Below, piece by piece: positions 35,087-43,738 of a DNA stretch of 63,074 nucleotides. Numbering within the stretch: position 1 is the stretch's first letter; each line of letters starts with the position of its first letter. The notes beneath the pieces were generated by a model. That model was not told the origin of the DNA. It worked only from the letters and a program-made list of their open reading frames with translations, and searched no databases. The stretch is from Candidatus Njordarchaeota archaeon (GTDB lineage: Archaea; Asgardarchaeota; Njordarchaeia; Njordarchaeales; Panguiarchaeaceae): positions 1-63,074 of the forward strand of contig JAUQYS020000333.1 in assembly GCA_030587585.2 (NCBI GenBank). The letters run 5' to 3'. Both the position numbers and the translations under genes were made by a program.

Positions 35087-35422
35087 TCATCTCCAAGCTG
35101 CCGCAGTTTTTTGTTTGATGTATTCAAAGATTTCTTTCGGAAAATATTGACCAGGAACTCCGGGCAAAGATATTGTTTGTCCATTGCTTATTGCTTGGTC
35201 TACAATTTTCTTTAACATTCTTAGATTATGGCGATGTAGAACCAGTTGCAGCTTCCAATTATTGATACGGTCTTGATTTTTTTCGTTAAATTCGATTTGT
35301 TCTTCATTCAGCGGTTCTATCGGCAGAATACTAATATTATGGAAAAGAAAACTGGTAAATTCTCTGGCTCGTTTGATTTGCTCTTGAGGCGATAAAGACT
35401 TCTTTTTTGACGCAAAAGACAT
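35087..35422 (-). CDS. hypothetical protein, MSFASKKK leader, paralog of 35437-35805 (111 aa)
   Basis: LPGVPGQYFPKEIFEYI shared with neighbour; GGTGAGATAT + ATG. Confidence 0.6.
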   Translation of the reverse strand: MSFASKKKSLSPQEQIKRAREFTSFLFHNISILPIEPLNEEQIEFNEKNQDRINNWKLQLVLHRHNLRMLKKIVDQAISNGQTISLPGVPGQYFPKEIFEYIKQKTAAAWR

Positions 35423-35436
35423 ATATCTCACCACTA

Positions 35437-35805
35437 TTAGGACTTATTTTTTTGTTTCTCTATTTTATCCCAATATTCATTCCATTTTTTTCGTATATAA
35501 ACAAAAATTTCTTTTGGAAAATACTGTCCGGGCATACCCGGCAAGGTAGGCCACATACCATGACTAAAACACCAATCCACTATTTGTTTTAGTTTGTTTA
35601 TATCGTGCCTGTTTTTAACAAGCTGAATCGCCATCTGACGAAGAATAGTGTCTTCGTTCTTTATAAAAAAATTATATGCTGCTTCGTCGTCAGGATCTAT
35701 CGGACCAATGGAAGTGTGATATATCAAATAATTAGGAAATGGCTCTTTTTCTAAAGTAACACCATTTTCTTTTTTTATATTTTTCTTTTTGGACACAAAA
35801 GACAT
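35437..35805 (-). CDS. hypothetical protein, MSFVSKKK leader (122 aa)
   Basis: GGTGAGGAGG SD + ATG TCT TTT GTG TCC AAA AAG AAA; LPGMPGQYFPKEIFVYI. Confidence 0.6.
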   Translation of the reverse strand: MSFVSKKKNIKKENGVTLEKEPFPNYLIYHTSIGPIDPDDEAAYNFFIKNEDTILRQMAIQLVKNRHDINKLKQIVDWCFSHGMWPTLPGMPGQYFPKEIFVYIRKKWNEYWDKIEKQKNKS

Positions 35806-35812
35806 AACCTCC

Positions 35813-36070
35813 TCACCAGATAGATAATAGACTTCTCCTAAATGCTTGCATCATCTTCATACGGTTAAATTCCGTTAGCTCTGCTCTCGCCTCTTTTATA
35901 TCTTTACATGGTTTTTGGAAAAAAATGTGGCCAGATGCGTTCTGGATCACAAAAAAGTATTTACCATTTTTCTGTATAATCTCAGCGATCAAGCCGCCCC
36001 AAGAGGACGATCCTATTACTGTTTCATCCTTCCTTTTTTTGACGCCCTTTTTTCTAGACACAAAAGACAA
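35813..36070 (-). CDS. hypothetical protein, MSFVSRKK leader, paralog of 36526-36783 (85 aa, TTG start)
   Basis: GGTGATATCA + TTG; VIGSSSWGGLIAEIIQKNGKYFFV similar to paralog. Confidence 0.55.
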   Translation of the reverse strand: MSFVSRKKGVKKRKDETVIGSSSWGGLIAEIIQKNGKYFFVIQNASGHIFFQKPCKDIKEARAELTEFNRMKMMQAFRRSLLSIW

Positions 36071-36242
36071 TGATATCACCAATACAAAAAACGATAAAAA
36101 ATATAAAAAAATATGTATGCCATTTTTCGCCTTTATCCCCGAGAAATGATAATTCCGTTCTGTTCGCAAAGATGCCTCGTTCGCATAGACGATCGATAAT
36201 ATAAATAACTTCCCTAGGAAGACGAATCGAAACAACCTGCAT
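36054..36242 (-). pseudogene. truncated RHH gene (N-terminal strand and helix 1 only), interrupted by repeat copy B
   Basis: MQVVSIRLPREVIYIIDRLCERGIFANRTE parallels 34826-35044, then runs into the promoter/leader repeat. Confidence 0.4.
36060..36148 (-). repeat. about 90-bp promoter/leader repeat, copy B
   Basis: Near-identical to 31945-32035. Confidence 0.7.
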
Positions 36243-36283
36243 TTTTTTGCACCATATATAGCCCAAAAAAAGCATATCTACTG

Positions 36284-36436
36284 TTAGCGGCTTTCTTTAT
36301 GATCATATTTCGTATGGATATACTCATACAATATATCCCGAACTGTTCGGCATATAATATAAACCATTAGAAGATAACACACCGCCTCAAAAAAACCAGC
36401 AACAGAAGTCAAAACCGCAGCCACCAAAAGATCCAT
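36284..36436 (-). CDS. small membrane protein (50 aa)
   Basis: ORF not in track; GGTGGTGGT + ATG; hydrophobic core. Confidence 0.35.
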   Translation of the reverse strand: MDLLVAAVLTSVAGFFEAVCYLLMVYIICRTVRDILYEYIHTKYDHKESR

Positions 36437-36525
36437 ACCACCACCACAAAAAAAGATGAAACTGGCTTTTTTTATTTGCTCTTGCTACAATATTTTTTTA
36501 TTTTTTGGTCCAAAGACATCCAACT

Positions 36526-36783
36526 TCACCACATAAATAATATCCCTCTCCGCCTCGCAAGAGCCATCCTCATACGGTTGAACTCAGCTAACTCTGACCT
36601 TGCTTCCTTCAAGTTCTTACATGGTTTTTTATCATAAATAAAACCCGTTGCATCTCTAACAACAAAAAAGTACTTGCCGTTTTCTTGTATTATTTCGGCG
36701 ATCAGATTACCAAACGAAGAGGATCCTATGACTACTTCTCCTCTTTTTCTTTTTATATCCTTCCTCTTCGAAACAAAAGACAA
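36526..36783 (-). CDS. hypothetical protein, MSFVSKRK leader (85 aa, TTG start)
   Basis: GGTGATATCG + TTG; paralog of 35813-36070. Confidence 0.55.
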   Translation of the reverse strand: MSFVSKRKDIKRKRGEVVIGSSSFGNLIAEIIQENGKYFFVVRDATGFIYDKKPCKNLKEARSELAEFNRMRMALARRRGILFMW

Positions 36784-36855
36784 CGATATCACCAATACAA
36801 AAACGATAAAAAAAATATTTAAAAACAAGTATGTATGACGCTGCGCATAAGAACT

Positions 36856-37071
36856 TTATTCTTCTTTCCAGAGGAGAATCGACCTTACTAAAACGAGCAC
36901 ACCAACAAAAAACAGGACGCCCCATAATACTCCGACCGAGGCTATAATCGCAGCCATCATTGTGAACGGATCCTCCACCGCACCAACATCAGCAAAAAAA
37001 CCGAGAGCCGACAATACTAGAGTTATCCCCACAATCAGATCCAATATTTTTGCGACAAATTTTTTATTCAT
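36856..37071 (-). CDS. small membrane protein (71 aa)
   Basis: Trimmed to MNKKFVAK after GGTGG; 2 TM. Confidence 0.5.
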   Translation of the reverse strand: MNKKFVAKILDLIVGITLVLSALGFFADVGAVEDPFTMMAAIIASVGVLWGVLFFVGVLVLVRSILLWKEE

Positions 37072-37144
37072 GCGAACCACCTGCTGAAAAAAAAAGAAAA
37101 GATCTATATAAATATGCGTGCCGTATTACTAAAAACGAAAAAAA

Positions 37145-37708
37145 TTATATGGAAAGAGGAAAACGCAATATTCTTTCCTCTTCCTCATTCTCTATTTTCT
37201 TCCTTATCTTTTTCACATCTTTTGGAGGTCTTGGCGGAAATAAAGTAGTTCTATTGCCAATTTTGTAGCCTATTTCGACAATATCCCTGATCTCTTTCGT
37301 ACACACAGAGCCCCATATTTCGTCCCACCATTCACAGTCATAAGCTATTTCAGTGTACATGTAAAATTTATTACCAATCTTTGAGATAACTATGGCAACC
37401 TCGGGGTCTCTTAAATTATGTATCATCTCGGGTATAACAAACTGTTCTTTTGCTTTGTTTAAAAATGTTTCAATTACTGTATTTTCCAAGGCATCTAAAA
37501 TATCAAAAATTGATCTCAGTACAATCTGGGCCATAAAAGACCCATATTTGCTCTCAAGCTCGTTGCGTACTTTTGAGAAATCGAATAAAAATTTTCTATC
37601 ATCAATACAGACTTTGAAAATGTCTCCTCGCTCGAACATTATCTTTTTAAATTCTAGCCCCTTGATTCTTTGCACTATATATTCTATTTTTTCAAAATAC
37701 TTTATCAT
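37145..37708 (-). CDS. hypothetical protein (187 aa)
   Basis: Trimmed 12 nt; cassette 37714-37732. Confidence 0.6.
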   Translation of the reverse strand: MIKYFEKIEYIVQRIKGLEFKKIMFERGDIFKVCIDDRKFLFDFSKVRNELESKYGSFMAQIVLRSIFDILDALENTVIETFLNKAKEQFVIPEMIHNLRDPEVAIVISKIGNKFYMYTEIAYDCEWWDEIWGSVCTKEIRDIVEIGYKIGNRTTLFPPRPPKDVKKIRKKIENEEEERILRFPLSI

Positions 37709-37744
37709 ATTTTTCACCAATGTTAGGAAAAATTTTCATTCGAA

Positions 37745-38599
37745 TTATTGTTTCTGCGATATATCATTGCGATAACTAAGGTATAGACGCCATACTCTAT
37801 CTGGATGCGGTTTCTTTTTGCCATGTTTTTTTACTTCTATTCGAACCAGCTTTGCGATCAGCGGCATTGCTTTTTTTGGATTAAAAAAGTTTTCGCCAAG
37901 TTCTATGTGTGCTTTGTTTATGGCTCCGAGTATTTCGCTATTTGGTAATTGGTCTGGAGGATATTTTTCTAGTTCGGGTTTCCATTTTGCGAAGAATTGT
38001 GCTTCATAATTCTTTATTACTACTCCCTCGTGTTTACTAAATTTTTTTGCTAATGCGACAAGTTCATCAAAGCTGCGTGGTTCTCCAGTAACGAACTCAA
38101 CCGAAATATTACTGATCGGTCCAGATCGCCATTTGTCTGGCTCAACAAATCTTTTTTCGGAAACACTAAACACATCAAAGATTCTTAGGTCCCATTCGTA
38201 CATCCAGTCCTTGTGGATCCTCATAGGAGTATTTTTATATCCAAATAGTTCTGCAAAAACAATAAACTCATTTTTTTCCATCCATTCATAAAGAGAGTCT
38301 ATTGTTATGTCGGCCACCGCTGGATTATAGGAATTATTTATTGCTTCGATGAATCCTCTGATAAACTGTGGCGTGGCTACAAGTTTTCTCCGAGAAGAAA
38401 TTATTAAGTATCCCTCACGAGCAATAAGCCGAATATTAGAACCATCAAACTTAGGCTCAAAATAAAGCACACCACGAAGCCTATCATCATACTTATACTT
38501 CTCCACATAATCAATATCGGGATAAGAAACACCGATACGAGAGATAATATCCCGAATCCTCGGCGGAACCTCTTGTTCACTCATCGGAATATTAACCAT
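37745..38599 (-). CDS. ATP-dependent RNA/DNA ligase-like nucleotidyltransferase (284 aa)
   Basis: Motif I EPKFDGSNIR (KxDG), FAELFG, EGVVIKN, FAKWKP in covalent nucleotidyltransferase order. Confidence 0.7.
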   Translation of the reverse strand: MVNIPMSEQEVPPRIRDIISRIGVSYPDIDYVEKYKYDDRLRGVLYFEPKFDGSNIRLIAREGYLIISSRRKLVATPQFIRGFIEAINNSYNPAVADITIDSLYEWMEKNEFIVFAELFGYKNTPMRIHKDWMYEWDLRIFDVFSVSEKRFVEPDKWRSGPISNISVEFVTGEPRSFDELVALAKKFSKHEGVVIKNYEAQFFAKWKPELEKYPPDQLPNSEILGAINKAHIELGENFFNPKKAMPLIAKLVRIEVKKHGKKKPHPDRVWRLYLSYRNDISQKQ

Positions 38600-38707
38600 C
38601 AGACTCACCTGCATTCGCCACATTTTCTTAACATCATATCATTTTTTCTATTGAAAAAATTTTTAAAAAATGTGCAGATTCAAAAAAATTCACCAACCGA
38701 AAAAAAA

Positions 38708-38783
38708 TGGTCGCCCCGGAGGGATTTGAACCCTCGCACACCGGGTTACAGCCGGCCGCTCTACCAAACTAAGCTACGGGGCG
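38708..38783 (-). tRNA. tRNA-Tyr: tRNA-Tyr (anticodon GTA), archaeal/eukaryal type, CCA encoded
   Basis: Hand-folded cloverleaf: acceptor CGCCCCG/CGGGGCG (C1-G72), D arm GCTT/GAGC, anticodon arm GCCGG-CTGTAAC-CCGGT, 4-nt variable loop, T arm GAGGG-TTCAAAT-CCCTC, A73, CCA. Confidence 0.9.
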
Positions 38784-38798
38784 GATCCCCTTACCATA

Positions 38799-39656
38799 TT
38801 ATCCCAAAAAAAGTGTAGAAAAAGATTCCAAAATTATTTTATTCGAATCTATCTCATCATATAGGAGAAAGGCTCTAGGCTCAAAACATTTATCATCTGA
38901 AAAAGGGATTAGTGGCTCTATTTGCGCTTGACTATCAAGCTCACTCATCCACCGCAACAATTTTTCATACACCACTATGCATCCTTTTATTTTTCCTTCC
39001 ACTTTTTCGGACATTGGAGGCTCATACAGTAACTCAAAAAGCTGTGTAGAGATCTCCCAATAATTATACATTGTTCGAAAGAATGCTTCTTTATTCAGAA
39101 ACGGACAGAAAAGACAGTTGCCGCTATGTTTTATTTTGCTGTATAGCGGATTTTGGGGGAGCCTTCTTTTTTCTATGTAGGTACATATTTCTTTTTTGGA
39201 CCATTCTGCTATTGGTGCTATGGCCCAAGACCGCCACAGATCAACGTATTGGTATTCTTTTATTAATTCGTATCGTTTTTGTCTATCGCTTCTTTTTACA
39301 CCCGTTATCATCAAAGATTTGGGATATTCTCTGGCTACTTGCCGCCAGACATCATATTTATGTCTTTGAGCACACCATCTCATCCCTGTGATATATGGAA
39401 AGCCCTTTTGTCTGAAATTCACGAATAAATTTTTATCTAGCCACGCAATTAGAAGATTTAAGTCATATTGTTCACAAATATCTTTGACATATTCTGTACA
39501 TTCGGGCGCTGTGTTTCCCTTTATGGGAGTGTAGAGAACGACAAATTTGTCTTTAGGAATACTCCTCGCAACAAGGTCAAGAACAACAAGAGAATCCTTG
39601 CCGCCACTAAACAAAACAAAAATATTATTGAATTTTCTTGTGTAGTGTCGTATCAT
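38799..39656 (-). CDS. PAPS reductase / PP-loop ATP pyrophosphatase family protein (285 aa; alternative start 39701)
   Basis: VLFSGGKDSLVVLDL PP-loop, C-terminal CLFCP cysteine pair; ORF-track N-terminus overlaps the upstream gene and was trimmed. Confidence 0.8.
   Translation of the reverse strand: MIRHYTRKFNNIFVLFSGGKDSLVVLDLVARSIPKDKFVVLYTPIKGNTAPECTEYVKDICEQYDLNLLIAWLDKNLFVNFRQKGFPYITGMRWCAQRHKYDVWRQVAREYPKSLMITGVKRSDRQKRYELIKEYQYVDLWRSWAIAPIAEWSKKEICTYIEKRRLPQNPLYSKIKHSGNCLFCPFLNKEAFFRTMYNYWEISTQLFELLYEPPMSEKVEGKIKGCIVVYEKLLRWMSELDSQAQIEPLIPFSDDKCFEPRAFLLYDEIDSNKIILESFSTLFLG
39174..39187. promoter_or_regulatory. 14-bp palindrome TATGTAGGTACATA (intragenic copy)
   Basis: Exact copy inside the PAPS-reductase-like gene. 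Confidence 0.5.
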
Positions 39657-39675
39657 TCTGCATGACTGCTGAGTC

Positions 39676-40257
39676 TTACCAGAAAGCAATGAGCTCACCA
39701 TCCCATCCCTGACGCCATTCAAGCAAAATCTTAAGAAACGCATATAGCTCTATTAATGCTTTTGCATCTTCTTCATCGAAGTATTCATCGTTAAACATCT
39801 TCCCTAAGATCTCGGCATAGGTTTTCCACGAAAACTTTTTTGGTTTTTGTTGTTCCAAAAAGACATCTTCTAAAACATCCAAAACACGAATATTTGCAGG
39901 ATAAGGAATTCTGTATTGGACTTCCTCATAAATAAATGTCGCCGGTCTTTCCCCCTCTGGCGGAAAAATATTTTTCGGCAAGACCCCTTCGATATAAATA
40001 AGCAGATCCTCTAAATCCACTCTTCTAAGATTACTATAAAGAGATACATAACAACCAAATAAACTAGATACGTCTTTCACTATCCAATAGTACTTCTTTC
40101 CCCGAATGGAGCACGGTCTATGAGGCACTACCGCCCAGGTATGCCTCAACTTTTTGAATGGACAATCAATCTCGCTACACATTATTTTGTTGTTTTTTAC
40201 TTTTGCTATTTTCCACGCTATGCACGGAACAGGAGATACATAGTTATCTAAACCCAT
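39676..40257 (-). CDS. hypothetical protein (193 aa)
   Basis: Trimmed 12 nt; cassette 40263-40286. Confidence 0.6.
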   Translation of the reverse strand: MGLDNYVSPVPCIAWKIAKVKNNKIMCSEIDCPFKKLRHTWAVVPHRPCSIRGKKYYWIVKDVSSLFGCYVSLYSNLRRVDLEDLLIYIEGVLPKNIFPPEGERPATFIYEEVQYRIPYPANIRVLDVLEDVFLEQQKPKKFSWKTYAEILGKMFNDEYFDEEDAKALIELYAFLKILLEWRQGWDGELIAFW

Positions 40258-40287
40258 ATATCTCACCATTTATTGATGAAAAAAAAT

Positions 40288-41310
40288 CTATTCTGATTTT
40301 AAGATAACTTTTTCTTCATAGATATTGAACTCTGGATGTATCGGAACTGGCGGTTCTCTAACTACTTTTATTTTCTTTGCAAAAAGCAGATAACAGAAAA
40401 ACTTTAATATTTCGTCTCGCATAGGCCCGACTACTTCAGCATCGAAATCCTCGAGCGATATCTTTTTGTTTTCATTTACAGCTTGCTCCGCTATTTTTGC
40501 TATTTTCTTATGCACAAGGAAAATATTCTTCACAACTTTGGTGCCACCGGGATAAGCAGCAAAAACAGATTTAAATCTATCTAATGCCTCTCTATTAGCA
40601 CACTTTTCCTTCTGTGCCGTTAAGATCAGGCAACCAGCATACCCAACAAAAAGTGTCGTTATGGCCAATAGCATAATCCTCGTTTTTTCAAGAAAACCGA
40701 CCGTCGGTAGACATAAAGATGGTAAAGCAACTGTTAGCATATCCACAGAAATATCTGTTGGTAGCCCAATGGTTTCTAAAAGATGGGGATGCCATTTCCT
40801 TATGATAGGATCCTTTTTTCTCGCAAAGAAGGATACATATCCCAATAATGCATCCATAATCCCATTCGCAGTTACCAGATCAACGGGCAATATTACTTTC
40901 TCAACAAATAATCTTTTGTTCAATTCCTCGAATATTTTTCCCTCTAGCCAGATTGCTACTCTAACATCTCCAAAATTTTTGAACACAATATTATCCACAA
41001 CAACATGAAACAATTCATGCATCAAGTACTCAATTTCGCAGCTTGGAGGAAGCCCAATTATGACATATATCAGCTTATCTTCTTTATAGATCCTTCCAAC
41101 TACGGGTCCTATTCCAGATACAAAAAGATTTTCAAATTGTCTAAATGTCATAAAAAGAGCATCATCTCTCGGAAAGCCATACCTCTCGGCCGCATCAAGA
41201 AACTTATTTTTATATTCCACATAAGTAAATGCCGCATCTATCTCTGGAATACTTCTCGCATATCTCGCCAAAAGGATATGAAAATCATTTACTATTTGTC
41301 TAACATCCAT
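40288..41310 (-). CDS. HExxH motif protein, putative zinc metallopeptidase (340 aa)
   Basis: YLMHELFHVV; cassette 41317-41338. Confidence 0.5.
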   Translation of the reverse strand: MDVRQIVNDFHILLARYARSIPEIDAAFTYVEYKNKFLDAAERYGFPRDDALFMTFRQFENLFVSGIGPVVGRIYKEDKLIYVIIGLPPSCEIEYLMHELFHVVVDNIVFKNFGDVRVAIWLEGKIFEELNKRLFVEKVILPVDLVTANGIMDALLGYVSFFARKKDPIIRKWHPHLLETIGLPTDISVDMLTVALPSLCLPTVGFLEKTRIMLLAITTLFVGYAGCLILTAQKEKCANREALDRFKSVFAAYPGGTKVVKNIFLVHKKIAKIAEQAVNENKKISLEDFDAEVVGPMRDEILKFFCYLLFAKKIKVVREPPVPIHPEFNIYEEKVILKSE

Positions 41311-41316
41311 CACTTT

Positions 41317-41338
41317 TCACCACTACTTAACGAAAAAA
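41317..41338 (-). promoter_or_regulatory. intergenic cassette copy (TTTTTTCGTTAAGTAGTGGTGA)
   Basis: Upstream of ATG 41310. Confidence 0.65.
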
Positions 41339-42673
41339 TTATTCAAGTTGCTCAAAGACCTTCTTTTTGGCAACAATATACCTTATTGCTGAGGCTATTT
41401 CTGGGTCAATATCCTTCGTAACCATAGCAACAGCCTCTATCTTCTGTTCCTCGCTCTCAAGAGACTTTATTGCATCGAGAAGCTCTACATCTCCAACGGT
41501 TTTCGCTATGTTCTTTATTCTGGATAAAGCATCCCTTATTCTATTTTTGAGATACCGATCGGCATACTCCAACATGTCCTTTAATGTCTCTATTTCTTGT
41601 TTTATTGCTGTTCTCTGTCTTTTTAGCTCAGCCTGTAGAACTTCCTTTGAGGCCCTTCGAAGGATATCTTCCTTCTTCTTTATTATCGCCAACCACATCT
41701 CATCGAGTATTTTGAATATTTGCTCGACTTTTGGCGGCTGATCCTTGGAAGTACTCATCCTCAAGAAGATATCATAATATTTGCTTATGACCGGGAAATT
41801 TCTAAAATCTTCTAAACGATGCTTTATAAACAAAAGAAGCTCTGTCGGCAAACCATTTCGGATGGCCCAGACAACTTTTTCTAGTACTTCCACTAATTGA
41901 GAACGATACGCTTGGACAATTTTTTGCTTGCTCTCTTCAAACATCCGTAATAACTTATTTGATGCTCGTTTTCGGACTTCGGATACTGTCTTATATTTAG
42001 AACTACCAAGTAGAACCGACATCTCAAAAGAAACAGGCAAAAGAAGAAACTCAAAACGCTTTGGTATCTCTTTTGCTTTTTCGATGATTTTGTCTAGGAT
42101 TTCCCTGATTATTGCTTTGCGATTAATTTTTGCTTCACGTCCCTCTGCTTTTGCTTTTATCTGAATGTTCTTTATTATGTCGTCCACGAGTAGGTTTATT
42201 TTATGTTTAAAATCCCTAATATCGCTCCTCAGTTTTTGATAATCCACAGTCTCCTCTCCCTTCTCTTTATATGCCCTAAGAAACAAAGGATCAATGTCGC
42301 CCTTCACGATAAACATCACTATGTTGTCGGATAGCTCCTGCAGCTTTTTGGTGTACTCATCTATCAAGCTATGAAAAGCAACAATGTTCTCTTTAGGTAT
42401 AACACGGATCTTCATCTCGCTTGTAAGCCATAGAGATAGAGTAAGCTTATTATATTCCTCAAGAAAGTCATTGTACAAATTTTGAAGCTTGTTGATAAAT
42501 GGACGAGGCAACAGCTCATATATTTTCAGACCAATCCTGATCCGTTCTCCACCTATTTTCTGATACCATGTTATTCTCTTCTTCAGCAAAGCTACACTCG
42601 GAAAATTGACATCCACCATAAGAAACTTAAGCCCCGATACCTCTTCCTTGCTCCTATTTTTATTCACCCGCAA
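41339..42673 (-). CDS. hypothetical coiled-coil protein (444 aa, start uncertain)
   Basis: Long ORF; alternative start codons overlapping the upstream stop. Confidence 0.6.
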   Translation of the reverse strand: MRVNKNRSKEEVSGLKFLMVDVNFPSVALLKKRITWYQKIGGERIRIGLKIYELLPRPFINKLQNLYNDFLEEYNKLTLSLWLTSEMKIRVIPKENIVAFHSLIDEYTKKLQELSDNIVMFIVKGDIDPLFLRAYKEKGEETVDYQKLRSDIRDFKHKINLLVDDIIKNIQIKAKAEGREAKINRKAIIREILDKIIEKAKEIPKRFEFLLLPVSFEMSVLLGSSKYKTVSEVRKRASNKLLRMFEESKQKIVQAYRSQLVEVLEKVVWAIRNGLPTELLLFIKHRLEDFRNFPVISKYYDIFLRMSTSKDQPPKVEQIFKILDEMWLAIIKKKEDILRRASKEVLQAELKRQRTAIKQEIETLKDMLEYADRYLKNRIRDALSRIKNIAKTVGDVELLDAIKSLESEEQKIEAVAMVTKDIDPEIASAIRYIVAKKKVFEQLE

Positions 42674-42870
42674 AGATCTACACCTTGATCCACCAGGCGT
42701 TTATGTCTGGTATGTGGCTCTGTTTTCTCGCCAGCAAGATCGATAAACTTCTTTAGAGCATTCCGAATATTTTTACCGATATCATAACATCTTCTACCCA
42801 AAACTTCTTCCTCGGGAAAAATCACCTGTATTTTGCCGTTCTCTATTATAACCTTTACTTTTATTCTCAT
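42664..42870 (-). CDS. hypothetical protein (68 aa)
   Basis: ORF closely spaced with flanking genes. Confidence 0.5.
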   Translation of the reverse strand: MRIKVKVIIENGKIQVIFPEEEVLGRRCYDIGKNIRNALKKFIDLAGEKTEPHTRHKRLVDQGVDLCG

Positions 42871-42873
42871 CGT

Positions 42874-43284
42874 CTACACCTCCATCTCCAAAGTTAATTC
42901 TACTTTTCCGCTTTTTCCGATATCTATGCGACGCTGCATAACTGGATACTGAGAACCCGCTGCCCTCTCAAAAGAAAGAGCCACATAAACCCCCTCCAGA
43001 GCATTAACAAGTTTTTCTTGCAGATCATAATTACAATAAAAATCGCCAAGAATCTCCCCAGTCTTTAAATTTATGGCGATATTTTTCGCTTTTCCGACAA
43101 GGTCGTACTCAAAAACCACACAATCCTCACTAACCTCAGTTCTATTTCCATAGTAGTCACGAATCACTCGTTCTTGAGTTCTAGATAAACCAAATCTTTC
43201 AGCAACAATCCTAACAGCTTTCGCCATTAGTTGCGGGATAACGTTTTTAACTCTTATTCTTGCTCTATAGATATGACTCATCAT
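42874..43284 (-). CDS. hypothetical protein (136 aa)
   Basis: GAGGTGATC SD; palindrome 23 nt upstream. Confidence 0.6.
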   Translation of the reverse strand: MMSHIYRARIRVKNVIPQLMAKAVRIVAERFGLSRTQERVIRDYYGNRTEVSEDCVVFEYDLVGKAKNIAINLKTGEILGDFYCNYDLQEKLVNALEGVYVALSFERAAGSQYPVMQRRIDIGKSGKVELTLEMEV

Positions 43285-43306
43285 CGATCACCTCGATCTA
43301 ACAAAA

Positions 43307-43320
43307 TATGTAGATACATA
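43307..43320. promoter_or_regulatory. 14-bp palindrome TATGTAGATACATA (GA core)
   Basis: Between cassette 43355-43376 and ATG 43284; lies inside a 22-codon mini-ORF 43281-43349. Confidence 0.6.
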
Positions 43321-43354
43321 CTTTTTATTTGATGAACACCGTAATACATCTCTA

Positions 43355-43376
43355 TCACCACATATTAACGAAAAAA
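43355..43376 (-). promoter_or_regulatory. intergenic cassette copy (TTTTTTCGTTAATATGTGGTGA)
   Basis: Followed by mini-ORF ATG 43349. Confidence 0.6.
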
Positions 43377-43385
43377 CAAGAAAAA

Positions 43386-43709
43386 TTAGGCTTGATGCGT
43401 TGGATGCATATTCATTTCGTGTTCCATTATTTTTTCCGAGATGTAGTCACAGATCCGATTGTTGAAAGATTCTATTGCTTCCTCTATTTTCTGTGTGACT
43501 ATTTGCTTTATTTCTTGCTTTGCGTCTGAAATTTTGGTGTCTATCTCTTTGTTGATGTTCTTTATTACTTGAAACATTGTTTCCTGAAATAATGCGAGCA
43601 ATGCCTTGATATAACTACCTATCATCATTTTGCAGGCTAGACGGGCAATAATGAATACGCATAATGCAAAACCAACACCAACAAGACCCCAAAAAATGAG
43701 CTCAATCAT
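43386..43709 (-). CDS. N-terminally anchored coiled-coil protein (107 aa)
   Basis: TM IFWGLVGVGFALCVFIIARLA then helical region. Confidence 0.55.
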   Translation of the reverse strand: MIELIFWGLVGVGFALCVFIIARLACKMMIGSYIKALLALFQETMFQVIKNINKEIDTKISDAKQEIKQIVTQKIEEAIESFNNRICDYISEKIMEHEMNMHPTHQA

Positions 43710-43738
43710 ACTGCATCACCAAGATTGCTGAAAAAAAT

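Noticed and set aside
38708-38783. tRNA-Tyr as an integration (att) boundary of a provirus
   Set aside because: Both flanks carry the same cassette, strand orientation and ORFan character. The tRNA is complete, no direct repeat of its 3' half was seen, and the recombinase lies 10 kb away.
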